A stretch of 64,000 nt of DNA from assembly GCA_013265495.1 (NCBI GenBank), contig MU058384.1:4513239-4577238 (forward strand). Direction: 5' to 3'. The notes below the pieces were generated by a model. The model searched no databases, was not told the DNA's origin, and was given only the letters and a program-made list of their open reading frames with translations. The position numbers were made by a program, and so were the translations under genes. Source of the stretch: Vicugna vicugna (taxonomy: Eukaryota). This document shows, piece by piece, positions 14,501 through 28,658 of the stretch (the stretch's first letter is position 1; every line of letters starts with the position of its first letter).

Positions 14501-17500
14501 AAAACAGGAAATAGTTCAACAAAATGGATGGGTAGTTCTTCAATTTTTTAAAATCTTTCTAAGCTTCAATTTTTTCTTCTAAGCACAAGAATCAGCTCTA
14601 ATTATATACAGCATTTGGGGATGGTCACATGTATATGATGGTCAATTATAAACTGTGAACTATAATAGAAATGCAAATTTTCATATTTCCCTTATATTAA
14701 ATAAAAAACAAATAGCCATGGTTAAGAAGAAATATAGAAATTAGTATCAGATTATTAGCTATTTGATCAGGGCAATTCAGAGCTGTATGTAATACACTAA
14801 GATGGTTTCATAAGTTAATACAATTTATTAAGAACTGAAAATTAAGTTATAAATGATTAAAGACATGTTTAATACAAACAGTGCGAGGCCTTGTATTAGA
14901 ATAGATGAGTTCTTGATCTGTGAAGCAACATAACTGGAGCTCTAGTTAGTTAAAAGGGAAACTGATACATACACATTATTCTAGCATATAAAAAGAGCCA
15001 CTACATAACTAGGAAAGTTTAAAGTGATAAAAGAAGTCATAGAATGCACACACTAAATGCCTAATGATGACTGACTTTAAGAGACATAAATGAGAATGCC
15101 AAGATCACTGAATTCTTACATAGCACCAGCGTCAGGATCAGGACCCCGATCTCCTGAGGCTCAATCAGCATGCACTGATATGCCCCATGGGAAAAACAGA
15201 GGCCCATACATACACCTGCAGTACTTATTCTGAGATAGTAATTCGATGTCATGTGAAAATGTGGTCTAGATCATGTCAAAGTCTGGTGCACCTTGAAAAA
15301 AACAATTATACATTACTTTTTGCCACAATTGAAAGAATGACCATATGACTTGAGGAGATGAAAGAGGAATCATTTGATTTTATTAAGATATCAAAATAAT
15401 GGTTCCAGTTTGCCTTTCATAAGTATTAGGAAACCCCTCGACCTATTCAAGAGTCACACAAACAGCAAACTTAAAAAAAAAATCTATGTACAAATAAAGA
15501 TAGTAACAAAAAATAGTCCTCCTGCTTGAAGATGTTATTCAAGGACAAGGAAACTTAGCCACTCAAGTGTGATTTTATTTCTTTCTTCTCTCACAGGGAG
15601 GTTAATCTTCAAACTGAAGAGGGTGGAACAAATGTGGTCAGAAAGGGTTTGAAGCACATCAGAGTTGAAGCTACAGTAAAGGAAAATCTGATTGCTTTGG
15701 AGCATTTAAACCTCCAGGGAGGTAGTTTTCAATTAATGTAAGGTAAAATTTCCAACAGTGAGAATTGTGGAACAAGGAATGGATGAACTCTCTTTGCAAG
15801 ATGTGATAACACTGTCTCTATAAATATTCAGGTGCAGTTTGAACAATTAGGAAAACTACATTTACCAGATATGGAACTTGAAAAAGTTTTGAAAAATATG
15901 TTGAAATGAATGACCCGTAAGGTTCCTTACATTTAAATGTCTACAATTTTATGTAGAAAGATAGAAGAGTTAGCATAGTACTACTTGACAAGTTGTATGT
16001 AGCTTTTGTTAATGAGTACTTTTCCTAATTTTTCTCATCTAGAACAATCATAGATACTCCCATCTCTAGGAAGTTTTTCTTTGTTCTATTTTGACCCAGT
16101 CCCCTAGCATAGCTATCAAAAGAATGTCCAAGTTCCAACTGGATTCAGTTACATTCTAACTGTAGTCTAGGGAAAGTCAGACAAATTTTGGGCCTTCACT
16201 TCCCCTGTTCTTCTTACCTGCAGAATTTTATATGGAACAAATACAATAATGCATATCAGATTGTCATGTAAACCATGTCCAGTAAGAAGTGGTCTTCTTA
16301 TTGCTAAGTTCCTAACCTAGTTATTGCTTCATGACATCCATCTAGTGGAGACAATCCTACTTTGGCCACTGGTTTAATTTAGAAGAAAACCCTGCAAATT
16401 ATCAGAGAAGTCAAATGATATGTGGTTCTAATAGTAAGAGAAAAAAATACTGAAATTAAGTTAACATAAAATTTAACCTAATTGTATTTATAAAGAAAAT
16501 GTTTTCATGGGAAGGTTGTGCATCATATGAAACTGGGTATCTATTTCATTTTGAGGTAGTTTTATTAATAAGTGTTAGGTTAGGCTTATATAACAAATAG
16601 ACTCAAATATATTAACACCTCATACATTATCAAAAAGTATTTACTTCTCTGATGAATGCTGCGACATCTTTAGCATGGGGCTTCCAAAGTTTGCATGGTT
16701 GTCTCCACCTCAACTGACTGCAAGAAGAAAAGAGCATGGCAGAGGGCACGTGGGTTGGATTTTAGGAGCCATAAATGGAAGTTACATATGCCTCTTCTGC
16801 TCACCTTCTACTGATTAGAACTCAATCACATGGCTGTGCCCAACTGCAAGGGAGACTGGGAAATGTAGTATAACTCCATGCTCGTGAAGAAGAGGAGATA
16901 TATTTTGGTGAACTGCTGATATTCCCTTCCATAGTTTTATGCATCTGCCACATTCACAGATTTCTTCCCTATAAAAATATACTTGTCAAAAAAATCAAAT
17001 CATAATAATGAATTAATATTCTATCTATATAAATTTTTAAAAGAAAATCATGATAAAAGATAAATGCTGATCTAATAACAGTCATAAAAAAGGGAGAATC
17101 CAATAACAAAAAAATGTGTTTTTCAGGCTAAAGCATATGCTCTCATTAGAAAAAAGTAGATACCTACACCATATAAAAATATCTTATGAAAATGTAATTT
17201 TTAACCCAAGATCATCAAGATAATCTTTCTCATTTTATAGTTTTAATTACAGAACTTCTTCCCAATATGCAGTTCTATTTTTCATTAATTTTGAGTGAAA
17301 CTTTCTGAAGCTTGAAACTATTTACATACTTTTTCTGAATTCTGTATTTTCACTAGCAATAGTACCTTACTCTGTAATGCCACAGGAGTTCGATTTATTA
17401 AATGTTAATAGACCGATCTTTATCGACATCATATACATTCTATGTACTATTATGTAAAATATGATTCCAATGGGAAATTTTCAATACATATAAAATTATT

Positions 17501-18183
17501 TTCTTCTATAATAAAGACAAAACAAAAAAGTTTTCTCAAGTTCCTATTTCTCATATCCCCTAAAATATGGGCACACACCAACTCTTTTTCTGCTCTTGGT
17601 CCTATAGTTGGGATATAATTTCACCCTTTTGAATATGTAATCTCATTCAGAAAGAAATTATTAGTGTTTAGGGGGCCAGGTTTTTATGTTTCCCTTCTTG
17701 TTGCCAGACTTAACTTAGCCAATATGTTACATTAGTTTCTGTGCTTTTAAGGTATTTGTTATATACACTTTGAAAGCACCAAAAAGGGAAGAAAATATTC
17801 CTTCTTTTAAATAATCCAAAAATTGAGCACAGCTGAAAGCTGGAAATAAGACAATCTGTTGCCTTCAGCAAGGATATCAGAGAAAGCTCTGAGACTGGAG
17901 GAAGAATTCCCTAGAAAAATAAATAACTAAATGACTTTCAACATGTGTTTCATTAAGTATGAAGTACTGAAGAACATAAAAAGAGTAAGAATATCAAGAA
18001 ATTAGCTTTGAAGCCAGCTAAAAGAAAGAGGAGAGTCGTAGGTACAAAAGTGACGCCAGCATTTTGTCTCCTAGACTTTTTTTTCATCCTATTTCTTTAA
18101 CTTTCTCTTTTGCCAAATAACATGTGTCATGATCTAATTCTCCCTCTCCTCTCAGTCTTACTTTCTTTGCCAAAAACTAGAGT

Positions 18184-18213
18184 GGAAAGTTTCCTTCGGA
18201 AGTTTCAGTTTCC
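18184..18213. promoter_or_regulatory. Adjacent NF-kB-like site and consensus ISRE
   Basis: GGAAAGTTTCC at 18184-18194 and AGTTTCAGTTTCC (ISRE consensus AGTTTCNNTTTCC) at 18201-18213, in non-repetitive-looking sequence. Confidence 0.45.
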
Positions 18214-21200
18214 ATATGCTCCATAATGTCACAGTTAAGACTCTGAACCTCACTGTACCAACCATAAAGTTTGCCCGAAAACATAACCTTGACAGAGGTC
18301 GTGCTGGGAAGGGCAGACCTCCACTGATTTTACCTGGTGTCCTTCTAACAAAGTTAATGGCTCGAGCAGGAAAAAACAAACAAACCCCACCATTCTCTTA
18401 CATTATCCTCCCTAGAAAGGTGGAGGGGTGAAGAAATAAAGTGCAGAACTATCCTAGGGAAAACTGCCTTTTAAGAAAAGGGAAAGAGAAGGGGGCTCGC
18501 TTTTGGGGGGCTGGGGGTATAATTAACAAGGGAACGAGGTATAAGAGCTAAAGGTCCACTGAACATAACATATATTTAAAAATTCACAGAATGTGTCCAT
18601 ACAGCTTTTCTGAGTGTGTTGAGCAATGTTTTCACTGTTTCATTTTATTTTCTGTATGTACATTTTGTACTTTTTAATCCCCAAATGCAAACACATCATT
18701 GGAACTCCAATAAAATACACTTATAATTTTAAATTGAGAAAATATTTCCATGGCTAAAGTTTTTACATACTAAATAATTACTAAATATTTACCAGCCCAT
18801 GTTTCTCTCTTTAGTTGGCCCACCCTGCCACATGGGGATGCTCTGCCTGTCAAATCAATGAGCTCACTCCTCTTTTCTACTTGCTCAGTAGAGACAGTTG
18901 TTTAAATTATCTGATAGGCAGCTGTCTACTTTTGTAGGTGCTTTCTCCTCTTAAAACGGTGTCTGTGTAACTGTGTGCCTGACTTAGAAATCAGTTGGCT
19001 GTAAAATGCTTCGTATGTGCTTGCAGTTCAGATTTTTAAAGGCATCTTTTCTCAAAAGCAGCACCGTAAATGCCACCCAGCCTGCAAGACCCATTAAGTA
19101 GTTTGTATTTATTTCTAGCAAAACTTGGTTTAGTTCATCCTCTGTTGGGTCCACCTGACTTGGATGAGGACAGGAAGTGGTAAAATGGAGTAGAAAGCAA
19201 TGAGCAAGGAGAGATAAAAGTTGGAATCTCTCTCATCTTAATCAAAACCTATCTAAGACAAAATTTTGGAATAGGAAGTGGGTCTGACACTATCTCGTGT
19301 CTTTTTCTATACCCTATCCCAGTTTTCTATGCTACTTCACACCAGCATCTTTTCACCATTCCATCCTTCATGTTCTTTCTTTCTCTCAAATTAAAAATCT
19401 TAGTCTTTCAGTGGGTGATCTTAGGCAGGAATTCAGATCAATCAATTGCTTAAAATAATTTATACCAAGTTAAAATGAGTATAAAACTGTATTTGACCGA
19501 TGATACTTGAAATTTTAAAAGAAGAGCCTTACTAGTCTAAATGGTTCATGAATTTGAGATGTTCTAACCGATGCGATAAAACAGAAATTTCAAAAATTTT
19601 AGACTTTTTATGGAAAACATTAATCTCATTTTAGAACTGGAAAGACAGCCTGATAGGGTGAGGCTGGGAACAGGATGGGGGTAACACAATAGTGGTCCTT
19701 TGAAAGTGTATGGAATTTGTAAGTACATAACAGCTCACTATCACTTTAACATAAATACCTATGTACTCTTGGACGTCCTTGTTATTGGCACTTTATAACA
19801 AAGGGGAAAAGACGTGGGTACAGCTTTTTTTGAAAGACCATAATATTTCTTCAAAAGGAATCATTAGAATACAGAGAGAAATATTATACAATTGATCTTC
19901 TAGGCTTAGAGATGGTTGCTTATATTTTACAGGAAAATTTTAGAGAATATCTAGAATAAGGCTAAATAAAAAAGGAAAATACATAATGAGGCAGATGAAA
20001 GTAAGCTATCTGAAGGCTAGACTGATTTTAGGTTTCAGACTTAAGGTTTGACATTGATCAGAACTATATACAACTGTAATTGTGGTCTATTTTATTCAAT
20101 TTTTGAAGCTATGTTTTATGCCTTCAGGCCTTTATTCCTGCGCTTCACTCCAATAAAAGACACATTTATTTTAAAGAGTTGATTAGTATTATCTTCTCAG
20201 GGAGATGTGTATTTTAATAGAAAGCAGTCAATCAAAGTGATAAATTCCTCACTGTGGCATTTTAGAACTCACAGTGTTTAGACCCACTCATGGGGATGGT
20301 GGCACTTGAAATCATCCCACCTACGTGGCTGTATACCTCACCTACCAGGAGAACATCCAGGTTATTGTACTGATCACTTTAATAACATGTTTTGGGTCGG
20401 TTACCAATAACGCACTCTACGGACTCATTATGTCCTTGGCCAGAGCCTTGCAGCATTAACAATTTTTAATTTTATTGACCCTTACTTAGTTAGAAATATT
20501 CTTTCACACTTGATTCTTTGGCAGTACAAGAATAATAAAATTTATTCAAATAGGAAAACTTTCTCCACAGTGTGCCTTTTGTAGTTTATTTTCAAACTTC
20601 CCTTCCCTAAACATAAAGCTGGATCTAAAGCTACTTACTTCTAAAAACACAACCCATCATTGACATATCTTTTTGTATTTTTAAAATGATAAATCAGGCA
20701 GGTTTTATTTTTAAGAAAAATTCAACTTGCAATTGCAAATTCTCATGGGTGTAGGAAACCTCATTCAGGAGTTTCTGTCTGCTGCCACAAAAACTTCAAT
20801 TCTGTTAATATACGTACTTTTTTATTTTTTTGTGTTCAAAATAAAACCATCTCCTTGTTACATTTTTCTACTCAGGTTATTTTTTCAAATAACTTAAGAT
20901 TCCATAGGAGTCTGAATCAGATATATAAGGTATTGACCATGATATCTGCCATTAAAGTTCAATATAAGTTTATTACACCTCACTGAATTGCTTACTTTAG
21001 TAATTAAACGCAAAGTTTTGGAAAATAGTATTTTGTTGTGTAATATTAAGGAAGGGGGAAAAGAAAATCAATACCACTTTTTTATCAGAAATTATCTCAT
21101 GAAACATAAATTGAATTACAATAGCTACATCTTACCATTATAATTTTCTTTTCCTGGTAGGCAATCCATTTCTTGTGGATCAGAAGTAGAACTAACTACA

Positions 21201-21602
21201 TTTTAAACCTTGACTAGTTCAATTCCATAAACATGGAGCATGTATTATGTGCAAGGTACCATGAAATATTCTGCAGGGGATTCAAAGATAAGTAAGACTA
21301 AATCCCTGCAGCCAAAGAATTCACCATCTACCAGGGAGAACAAGAAAAGTACAAATATAATAAAACACAAGACTGACTAGAGAGAGCTCTTTGGTTTAAT
21401 GCAAAAAACATGGTCTCTATATCCAAACACATCACTTACTTGGCTGTGACATTTAGTAAGTGTGTCTTTGCACTAAATTTGTACTCACTTTGAAAATAAT
21501 TTTCATCTTTTGCAAAACAGAGATATCAATAATTGACTTAAAATCTCACTGTAAGCTCTTTGGGAGCAATCGATGTAAAGTGCCCACCCAGCAAACAGTA
21601 GG

Positions 21603-22085
21603 CGTTCCAGGTTAGTTTCTCTGGAAAGAGACTCTGACATGGAAATTTCCACCTGGGAAGTTGACTATAATGTGCGCTCAGAATTGACACTTGTTGGGGA
21701 GTGAAGCAAGCAGGACTGGACAGAGGGGTAAGATGGGATACAAAGCAGTTCCAACAAAGACTTCAGCATGGGGAGCTCTGGAGCTAGATGGCTCTGCCGC
21801 ACTCTCTCAAACTGGGGCAAAAGCGTGAGGCCGTTAAAGCCCCACAAATACAGCCACTGGATGCAGACTATCCATAGGACCAGCGTGTGACCTAGGAAGA
21901 GGCAGTTCTCTTCATCAGCAGCTTTGCTTCAGGAAAGGGCGATTGCTGGAGTTGAGGGAAAGGGGTCTCAGCTGGGAGAGGCCAGCCTTCAGGACCTCCA
22001 GCAGTGGGGGATGACAGCTTAGGTCCTAACAGATGACGCAGCAGGGAGAGAGGAGGAGGAATCTGAGGTGGCATACCTCACAGTC
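21603..22085 (-). mobile_element. ERVL LTR16-like solo LTR
   Basis: ggaaagagactctgacatggaaattt...ggggagtgaagcaagcaggactggacagaggg...ggagctctggagctagatgg. Confidence 0.65.
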
Positions 22086-23519
22086 CATCTTAAATGTTAA
22101 CATCAATTTTCCTACCATTTTAAAAAAATTGTAATACATACACAGGACAATTTTGAAAATACAGAAAAGCATAACATTTAAAACATTTATATCAACCACA
22201 ATCCCACAATACCACTATTAACATCTTGCTAAATGTCTTTCTAGTATTTTCTAAGTATATTCATCTCCCTCTAAAATAATGGCATTATACTGGAAAAAAA
22301 TTGTTTTATGTCCTGCCTTTTTCATACCTTAAGTATTTTCTGATGTAAAGAAATATTATTTTATAAGATTATTTTATAAGATTATTTTGGTTTTATTGTC
22401 TTCTATTACATGATAGGCCAAAATTTGCAAAACTTAAACTTTTCTTAGGAAAAATCCATAGAAATGGAATTTATTATGCCAAAGACCATTTATATTTTTA
22501 ATGCTTTGATACATGTTGCTAAATTATCCTCTAGAAATTCTTACCAACAATGTTTGAGACTCTCTTTTCTCTTGTCCTTGCCAAGATTGGGAATTATCAT
22601 TCTTTTTAATCTGTGTCTGCTTTAAGATAGATTTTATTATTAATGAATACAAATGCAAGGAGAGTAGCAGAAATCAAACCGTATGTAGGAAGATTCCAAA
22701 GGGAACAAGATGACATCAAATCAAGAAGAATGAGAAAAGACTTCCAAGAAAAGAAGACAGATGATATGACTTTAACAGACAGAACATCAACAAATAAAAA
22801 TGGAAGGAATCCCAGATAGAGAAAACACCAGGAACAAAGACAACATTAGGGAAATAGTGAATACCTTAGTTTGATTCGGATGTAAGAGTGAAATAAGACT
22901 GAAAGTACAAGCCCATAATGAAGCACAAAAATGGCAAGTAGAGTTCAAATTTGAACAATAATTAATAATTGCCTGACATTGGTGTTTACAACAATTCAGA
23001 ACCTATCATTAGAGTCATTCATTTGTTTAAGAAGCCTTTATTCATCACCTACAATACGCCAAGTTCTTATATCACTAATGAAAGCACATAGAAATTCCTA
23101 CCGTTCTGGAAATGCACAGGAAGAAAACACATAGAAAGAGAAAATGGTCACAAGAAGAACATTATGTTTAGAAAATGGGAGAAAAATAAGCCAAAGAAGA
23201 GGCAAAGAGAGTGTAACAAAAAGGAAAGCCAGGAGACTAAAATGCCATGGACACAAATGGAGGACGAATGTGGAGGTGGACATAGGAAAAAACATAGAGA
23301 AATTGAGGAAGATAAAACCTGAGAAAAAATTATTGGATTTGGCAATTCACGGATCATCAATAACAATTTAAAGACTAACTTTTTACAGTGCTGGAAAAGG
23401 AAGTCACATTGCATGGGAACAAAGTAAATAGTGTGGAAATGGGGGAAACAATCTCAAACTGGTCATTCAAAAAATGGACCATTTAGGAATTAGAGTAGGA
23501 GCATGAGATCAGGAAAGGG

Positions 23520-24520
23520 AACAATGTTGAAGGAAAGTTTTTTCAATTAAATACTAACAATCTAGGAATAAATGTAACAATACCAACAACAAAAAGTGTG
23601 TAATCTTTGTGGAGTCAATGATATAACACCCCTGACAAGCATAAAAGGCCTGAATAAGTGAACAGTTTACTCTGTGCACAGATGAGAAGACCCACCATGT
23701 TAAAGATGCCATTTTCTCCAAAGTAATACCCAAAGTCAACACAACACTAAACAAAAATCCCAACAAGGTTCTTTTTTGGAACTTTTCTTGGAAGAAGTAA
23801 ATGGGGGCAGAGCAGGGCAGGGCAGTGTGGACTTGTTTTACTAGATAGCAAAATATATAAGCAATAGTGTGGCATTGGTGCAATATCAGAGAAAACAGCC
23901 AAACAGAACAGACTCATATGTATGGGTATTGATATATGAAAGAGGTAGCATTATAAATAAATGGTAAACAATGGCCTATCAGTAAGGACAAATTAAAACT
24001 CAGATATCTGCTTTATAGTATGTGGAAAAATTAATTTCAGAAAGTATAAAAAGCAGGACAGAAAAATTTAAACCTTTAGAAGCTTCAAAAAAAAGACTTA
24101 GTAGTATCAGTTCATGACCTCAGGACAGGGAAGGCCTTATTAAATAGGATACAAAAGCCAAAATACAACAGTATAAAAGATTGATAATCTAGATTATATT
24201 AGAATGTAAAAAGATATCATATACATAGTTAAAATACAATTAGTAGACTTTAATAAAGTAAAATTGTATAATAACAAATGAAGGATTAGTACCCAGAATG
24301 TATAAAAATTCCTACCAATCACTGAGAAAGAAACAAACTGATATGAGACTGAGAGTCAATTCACGCAAACAAAAGGCAAACAACTGATAATACTGAAAAA
24401 TATGCACAGTCACACTGGTAATGATGAAATAAAATAATACACCAACTGAAAAAGTGAGATACCATTTTTCTACCCAATAGATTATCTAAAATTTAAAAGA
24501 ACTTAAAATATTGAAAACTG
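23520..24520 (+). mobile_element. L1ME ORF2/3' fragment
   Basis: tctaggaataaatgtaac, gtgtggcattggtgca, cagaatgtataaaaattccta, gtgagataccatttt. Confidence 0.65.
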
Positions 24521-24627
24521 ATGAGATAGAATTTGAGCCTAGGTCTTTGTGATTCCAAAGGTCCTGTTCCTAATCACTTCTTTCTCTAATAGAATGAAAA
24601 TTCTGTTACTAAGTAAGAACAGTCCTA

Positions 24628-24750
24628 GACCAGCAGCAAATTCTCAGGCCCCATCTCAGACTTACGGACTCAGACGCTCTACAGGTTAGGTCCCAAGCCT
24701 GTTTCAGAAAGTAATTTTGACATACACTAGAGTTTGAGAGCCACTGAACT
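24628..24750. mobile_element. MER5A-like hAT MITE fragment
   Basis: gcaaattctcaggccccatctcagact...agtttgagagccactg. Confidence 0.65.
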
Positions 24751-27700
24751 AGAAGCCTGAAGGATCATTAAGTTGGAAAGAGGGATACCCAACTGATTAG
24801 TTCAAGTAGAAAATAAATGGAGCAAAAAGAAGAAAACAAGACTTTGTAGAGGGAAAAAATGTTAAGAGTTTGGGATATTAGCAATAAAGTAGTTTTAAAT
24901 GATGATGAGATTTAAGTTACAATCATAAATAGAGTTGCTAAGTCAAACGGAGATGAAAATCATGGTTTTTGTAAAGATCATAGAAGTAAAACTAGACAGT
25001 TGGAAGAAAAATCAAGAGTATTGCTGAAGTCTTTGTATTGGCAAGAAGAATGAAGAACAGGTGTGTGCTTCCAAGCAGAAGGTATAGAGAAATGGTGGGG
25101 TGTGCCCTGGATATCAGCTGATTGTGACAATGAAAGATGAGTATTCTCTTGTTAGATGGAATTCACTTAGAAAAGTCTGAGATGTTTAGCCATGTGGTTG
25201 GGCAAAGTATGAAGGGCATGAGACCCTCATCTCCATGGTTCATTAGTCTATAGGAAAGAGACAAGAGATTTCCATCTGGGAAGATTTTTTCAATATTCTA
25301 TGATAGTGAACATTATAATAATTTTGATTATTAATATAAATTTATATTAATTAATATACTAGTTACTAATGTTTATTATGATTATAACATACTGATTCTG
25401 TTTTATTTTGAACACTATAATGATTTTGTATCTATTGAACATCAATAGTTGGAAACTATATTTAACATAGAACAGAACACGTTAACCAAATGTATGCCTT
25501 TCCCATACATTGTTTCTGATTCCCTGTATCTCAGATTTTCAGTAGTTTAAAGATGAGGAAAAAGTTTAAAAGTTTTTTAAAAAGTTGAAAAGTTGAACTA
25601 TTTCTACTCTTAAACTTCATCCTGCCAAACATAGCAAAATACAGCAGTATCTTCAAGGAAACTTCTTCCATATGTTCTCAGATCCTTCGTTTCTGCCTTG
25701 CTATCCCTGGTAGCCTAATCAGAATCTTCTGATCATAACCCTTATGATAGACCTGGGGGACTAATTCTTAGAAATATGTCATTTAGAACAGCATTCTTAA
25801 TCTTTAACAGTTAAAGATATATACTGAAAACTTCAGTGTTATATACAGTAGGTCCTGGTAAGTCACCAAATAGAAACAGGAAATGAGTATGCCACAGTAG
25901 GGCAGCACCATCCTCTCTCATTGAAGGGTTAGTGAAGGGCACATTGCAGTGTGCAGAAATCCACAAAGTCACAGTTTTAGACAAAATTCTTCAAAATCCA
26001 AACTGGCCGCTGTGCACTGGGAAGAACTTTTTTTTTAAAAGGAGAACCACCACATGCCTTCTTCCCCCAAAGACTATGGAGGCAGGCTTCCAATGTTCAC
26101 CATGAAACAGTATGTGTAAAGACTGCAAGATCAACCTTGGAATTAAAAAGCAAATAAACAAAACACTTTATAGGGTCAAACTCTAAAGGGCTGTACTGTT
26201 CTCTGGACAGAAATGAGGCTGAAGGTTGGTATTTCAAAAAAGCCACAAATTTTGTATCTGTCCCAAATGGGAAATAATAATTTTATTGAATAATAAATTA
26301 AAAATGAATCCACTTCTTTTTCCTTATAACTTTAGTAAGTACTTATGATGTGGCCTTCATAGCCAGAGTGCAATTCATCAGTTAATAAATGAAAGAAGTA
26401 TTTGTGAGTCTGTGTGTACAATTATTCAAAATGAAAGTGTAAGAACAAAGTGAAAAAATTTTTCAAGGAACTTAACTTTTAAACAAAAAACAAACTAACG
26501 TCCTTCAGGGTTTCAAATATGTTGGTGATGTTGGCACTGCCCCCTCTAAGATTTTAGGTTCCGTGAGCAAGAAGCACGGGGCAGCTTTGAGTACCTCGCT
26601 ATCTCCATTCACAAAGAGGAAAATAAAAACATATTTATAAAGATCAGTTTAGGATTTTATCACTTTCAGCTAAAAACCATTTGAAGATTTGTAAAGTCAA
26701 TGTCATATGATTATTTAAATAAAAATTGAGAGAGCAAAGTTGAATGCTTCCTCAGTAGGAAATGCTTCAACATGTATTTGATAAGAATGATTAATAACTA
26801 TGTAAGTCATTATGCTCTTTGGTTGTAATGTGAAAACTTGAATCTTATTTTTAAAGAAGTTGGGATATATGAGTTTTGATTATAAGATACAGTTCTTATC
26901 ACACAATAAATAACTTATCTTTTCTGCTATAGCCTCCAGTAAATATTAATTTTATTTACACCCATGACTTTGTTGCAAATACATATGGAAGACTAAAATT
27001 TAATGTGAAAAGCCACAGAGAACAAGAAGTTTATATACACAGAGTCTCTGAAATGAGGAGTGTGGAGACACCTACTGTGAAATGTCATCTGTGAACAGGA
27101 TTTAGAACAGGTTGCTAGAAAGCACTTTTTCTTAGAGCTAGGGGGTTACAGGCCAATTTGAGAATTTGGTGAACTGTGGACCCTCTTCTAAGAACAACAC
27201 ACACACACACTACACACACACATACACTCACCGTACACAGCATTTTGTGGGGTTCACATATTCTTTGACATCTACCCCTGGATCTTCTTGGAGCCCAAGA
27301 ACTCCAGGTAAAGAATGTCTGATGGTTTAGCTCAGTTAAAAATGTCAGGCTGTCTAGACAGGACAATCTACTGAAATATATATTCCCTGTAAAAAAATTG
27401 GAAAATACTAAAAAGCACAAATGATCTCACATGATCCCAAGTAAATTATAAAACTACCATGATCCCATCACTCTGCTTGACATTTGGATGTGTTTTTCCA
27501 GTCTCTTTTCCAAGTGAAAATACATTTTTCCACAAATAGATTCATACCGCACATAGTATTCTATTATAACTTTTTAATTCAAACACTGTGATCATGTTCC
27601 CATGCTATCAAACATTCAGTGACATCACTGTATTTTATCAAAATGGAGAACTTTATTTAACTAAGTTTTTATTATGAAATATTTTGTTATTTTTAATTTT

Positions 27701-27807
27701 TTACTTCTATAATCACTACTGCTAAGGAAATAATTTTTTGTATGGTCCATGCTTATTTCCCACGACCACTTCAAATTATCTTACATCTTCTAAAATCACT
27801 TCGTCTC

Positions 27808-28093
27808 TTAGAAAACAAACTATGGTTACCAGTGGGGGAAGAGGGGGAGGGATGGATTAGGAGTTTGGGATTAACAGATACACATTACTATATATAAAAT
27901 AGATAATAAGGAGCTACTGTATATCACAGGGAACTATATTCAATTCTTTGTAATGAGATGTAATGAAAAAGAATCTGAATGTATATATATGTATGTATAT
28001 GTATCACTGAGTCACTTTGTTGCACATCTGAAACTAACACTGTAAATTGACTACACTTCAATAAAAAATAAGAATTAAAAAATAAATAAATAA
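27808..28093 (+). mobile_element. 5'-truncated cetartiodactyl-type L1 3' end
   Basis: tagaaaacaaactatggttacc...gggaactatattcaa...tcaataaaaaa with an (AATA)n tail. Confidence 0.8.
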
Positions 28094-28536
28094 ATGACCA
28101 ACCAATTGAACAGGAAGTTTGAATTAAAGTATTTGTTACTTGCTCATGAAGTATCATATAAATATAGAAAAGAAAGATGGCTAAATATGCCTCTAGTACT
28201 TTTAACCTAAGAACTCACTAATCAAGACAGAGTATAAATTGGGCAGGTAATTCTCACAGATCACTTTTGTGGGAATGAGAGGAATGGGCAGGATGTTTAG
28301 TTGGTTTGGTCTGCTGTGATGTGGGTTGGATTTTTAATTCTGTAATCATTTACCAGTGGGTTTTAATCGAGGGGAGTTCAAACTCTATACAAATTCAAGT
28401 TCTTTTGATGCTGCAAAATAAATGTTGGAAAGCTGTGTTTCCTTTCTTATCACTTTTTTATGCTTTCCATATTCCAGCCTGGTTTCTCTCTCCTAGCTTG
28501 TATTTTTCCTTCATTCTTTTCTTAAGGCTGCACGAA

Positions 28537-28658
28537 GTCTTAGAAAGGACAGGGAGACAGGAGATCTGACTTTGACCTTACATGCATTCTAAGGGCTGTC
28601 TTAGAAAGGACAGGGAGACAGGAGATCTGACTTTGACCTTACATGCATTCTAAGGGCT
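28537..28658 (+). repeat. Exact 61-bp tandem duplication
   Basis: gtcttagaaaggacagggagacaggagatctgactttgaccttacatgcattctaagggct occurs twice (28537-28597, 28598-28658). Confidence 0.95.

Noticed and set aside
15597..15800. Plus-strand exon-like segment after a strong pyrimidine tract
   Set aside because: The donor is weak and the sequence runs into what looks like a CR1/L3 remnant.
28537..28658. CRISPR-like direct repeats
   Set aside because: Eukaryotic DNA, and the two copies are adjacent with no spacers.
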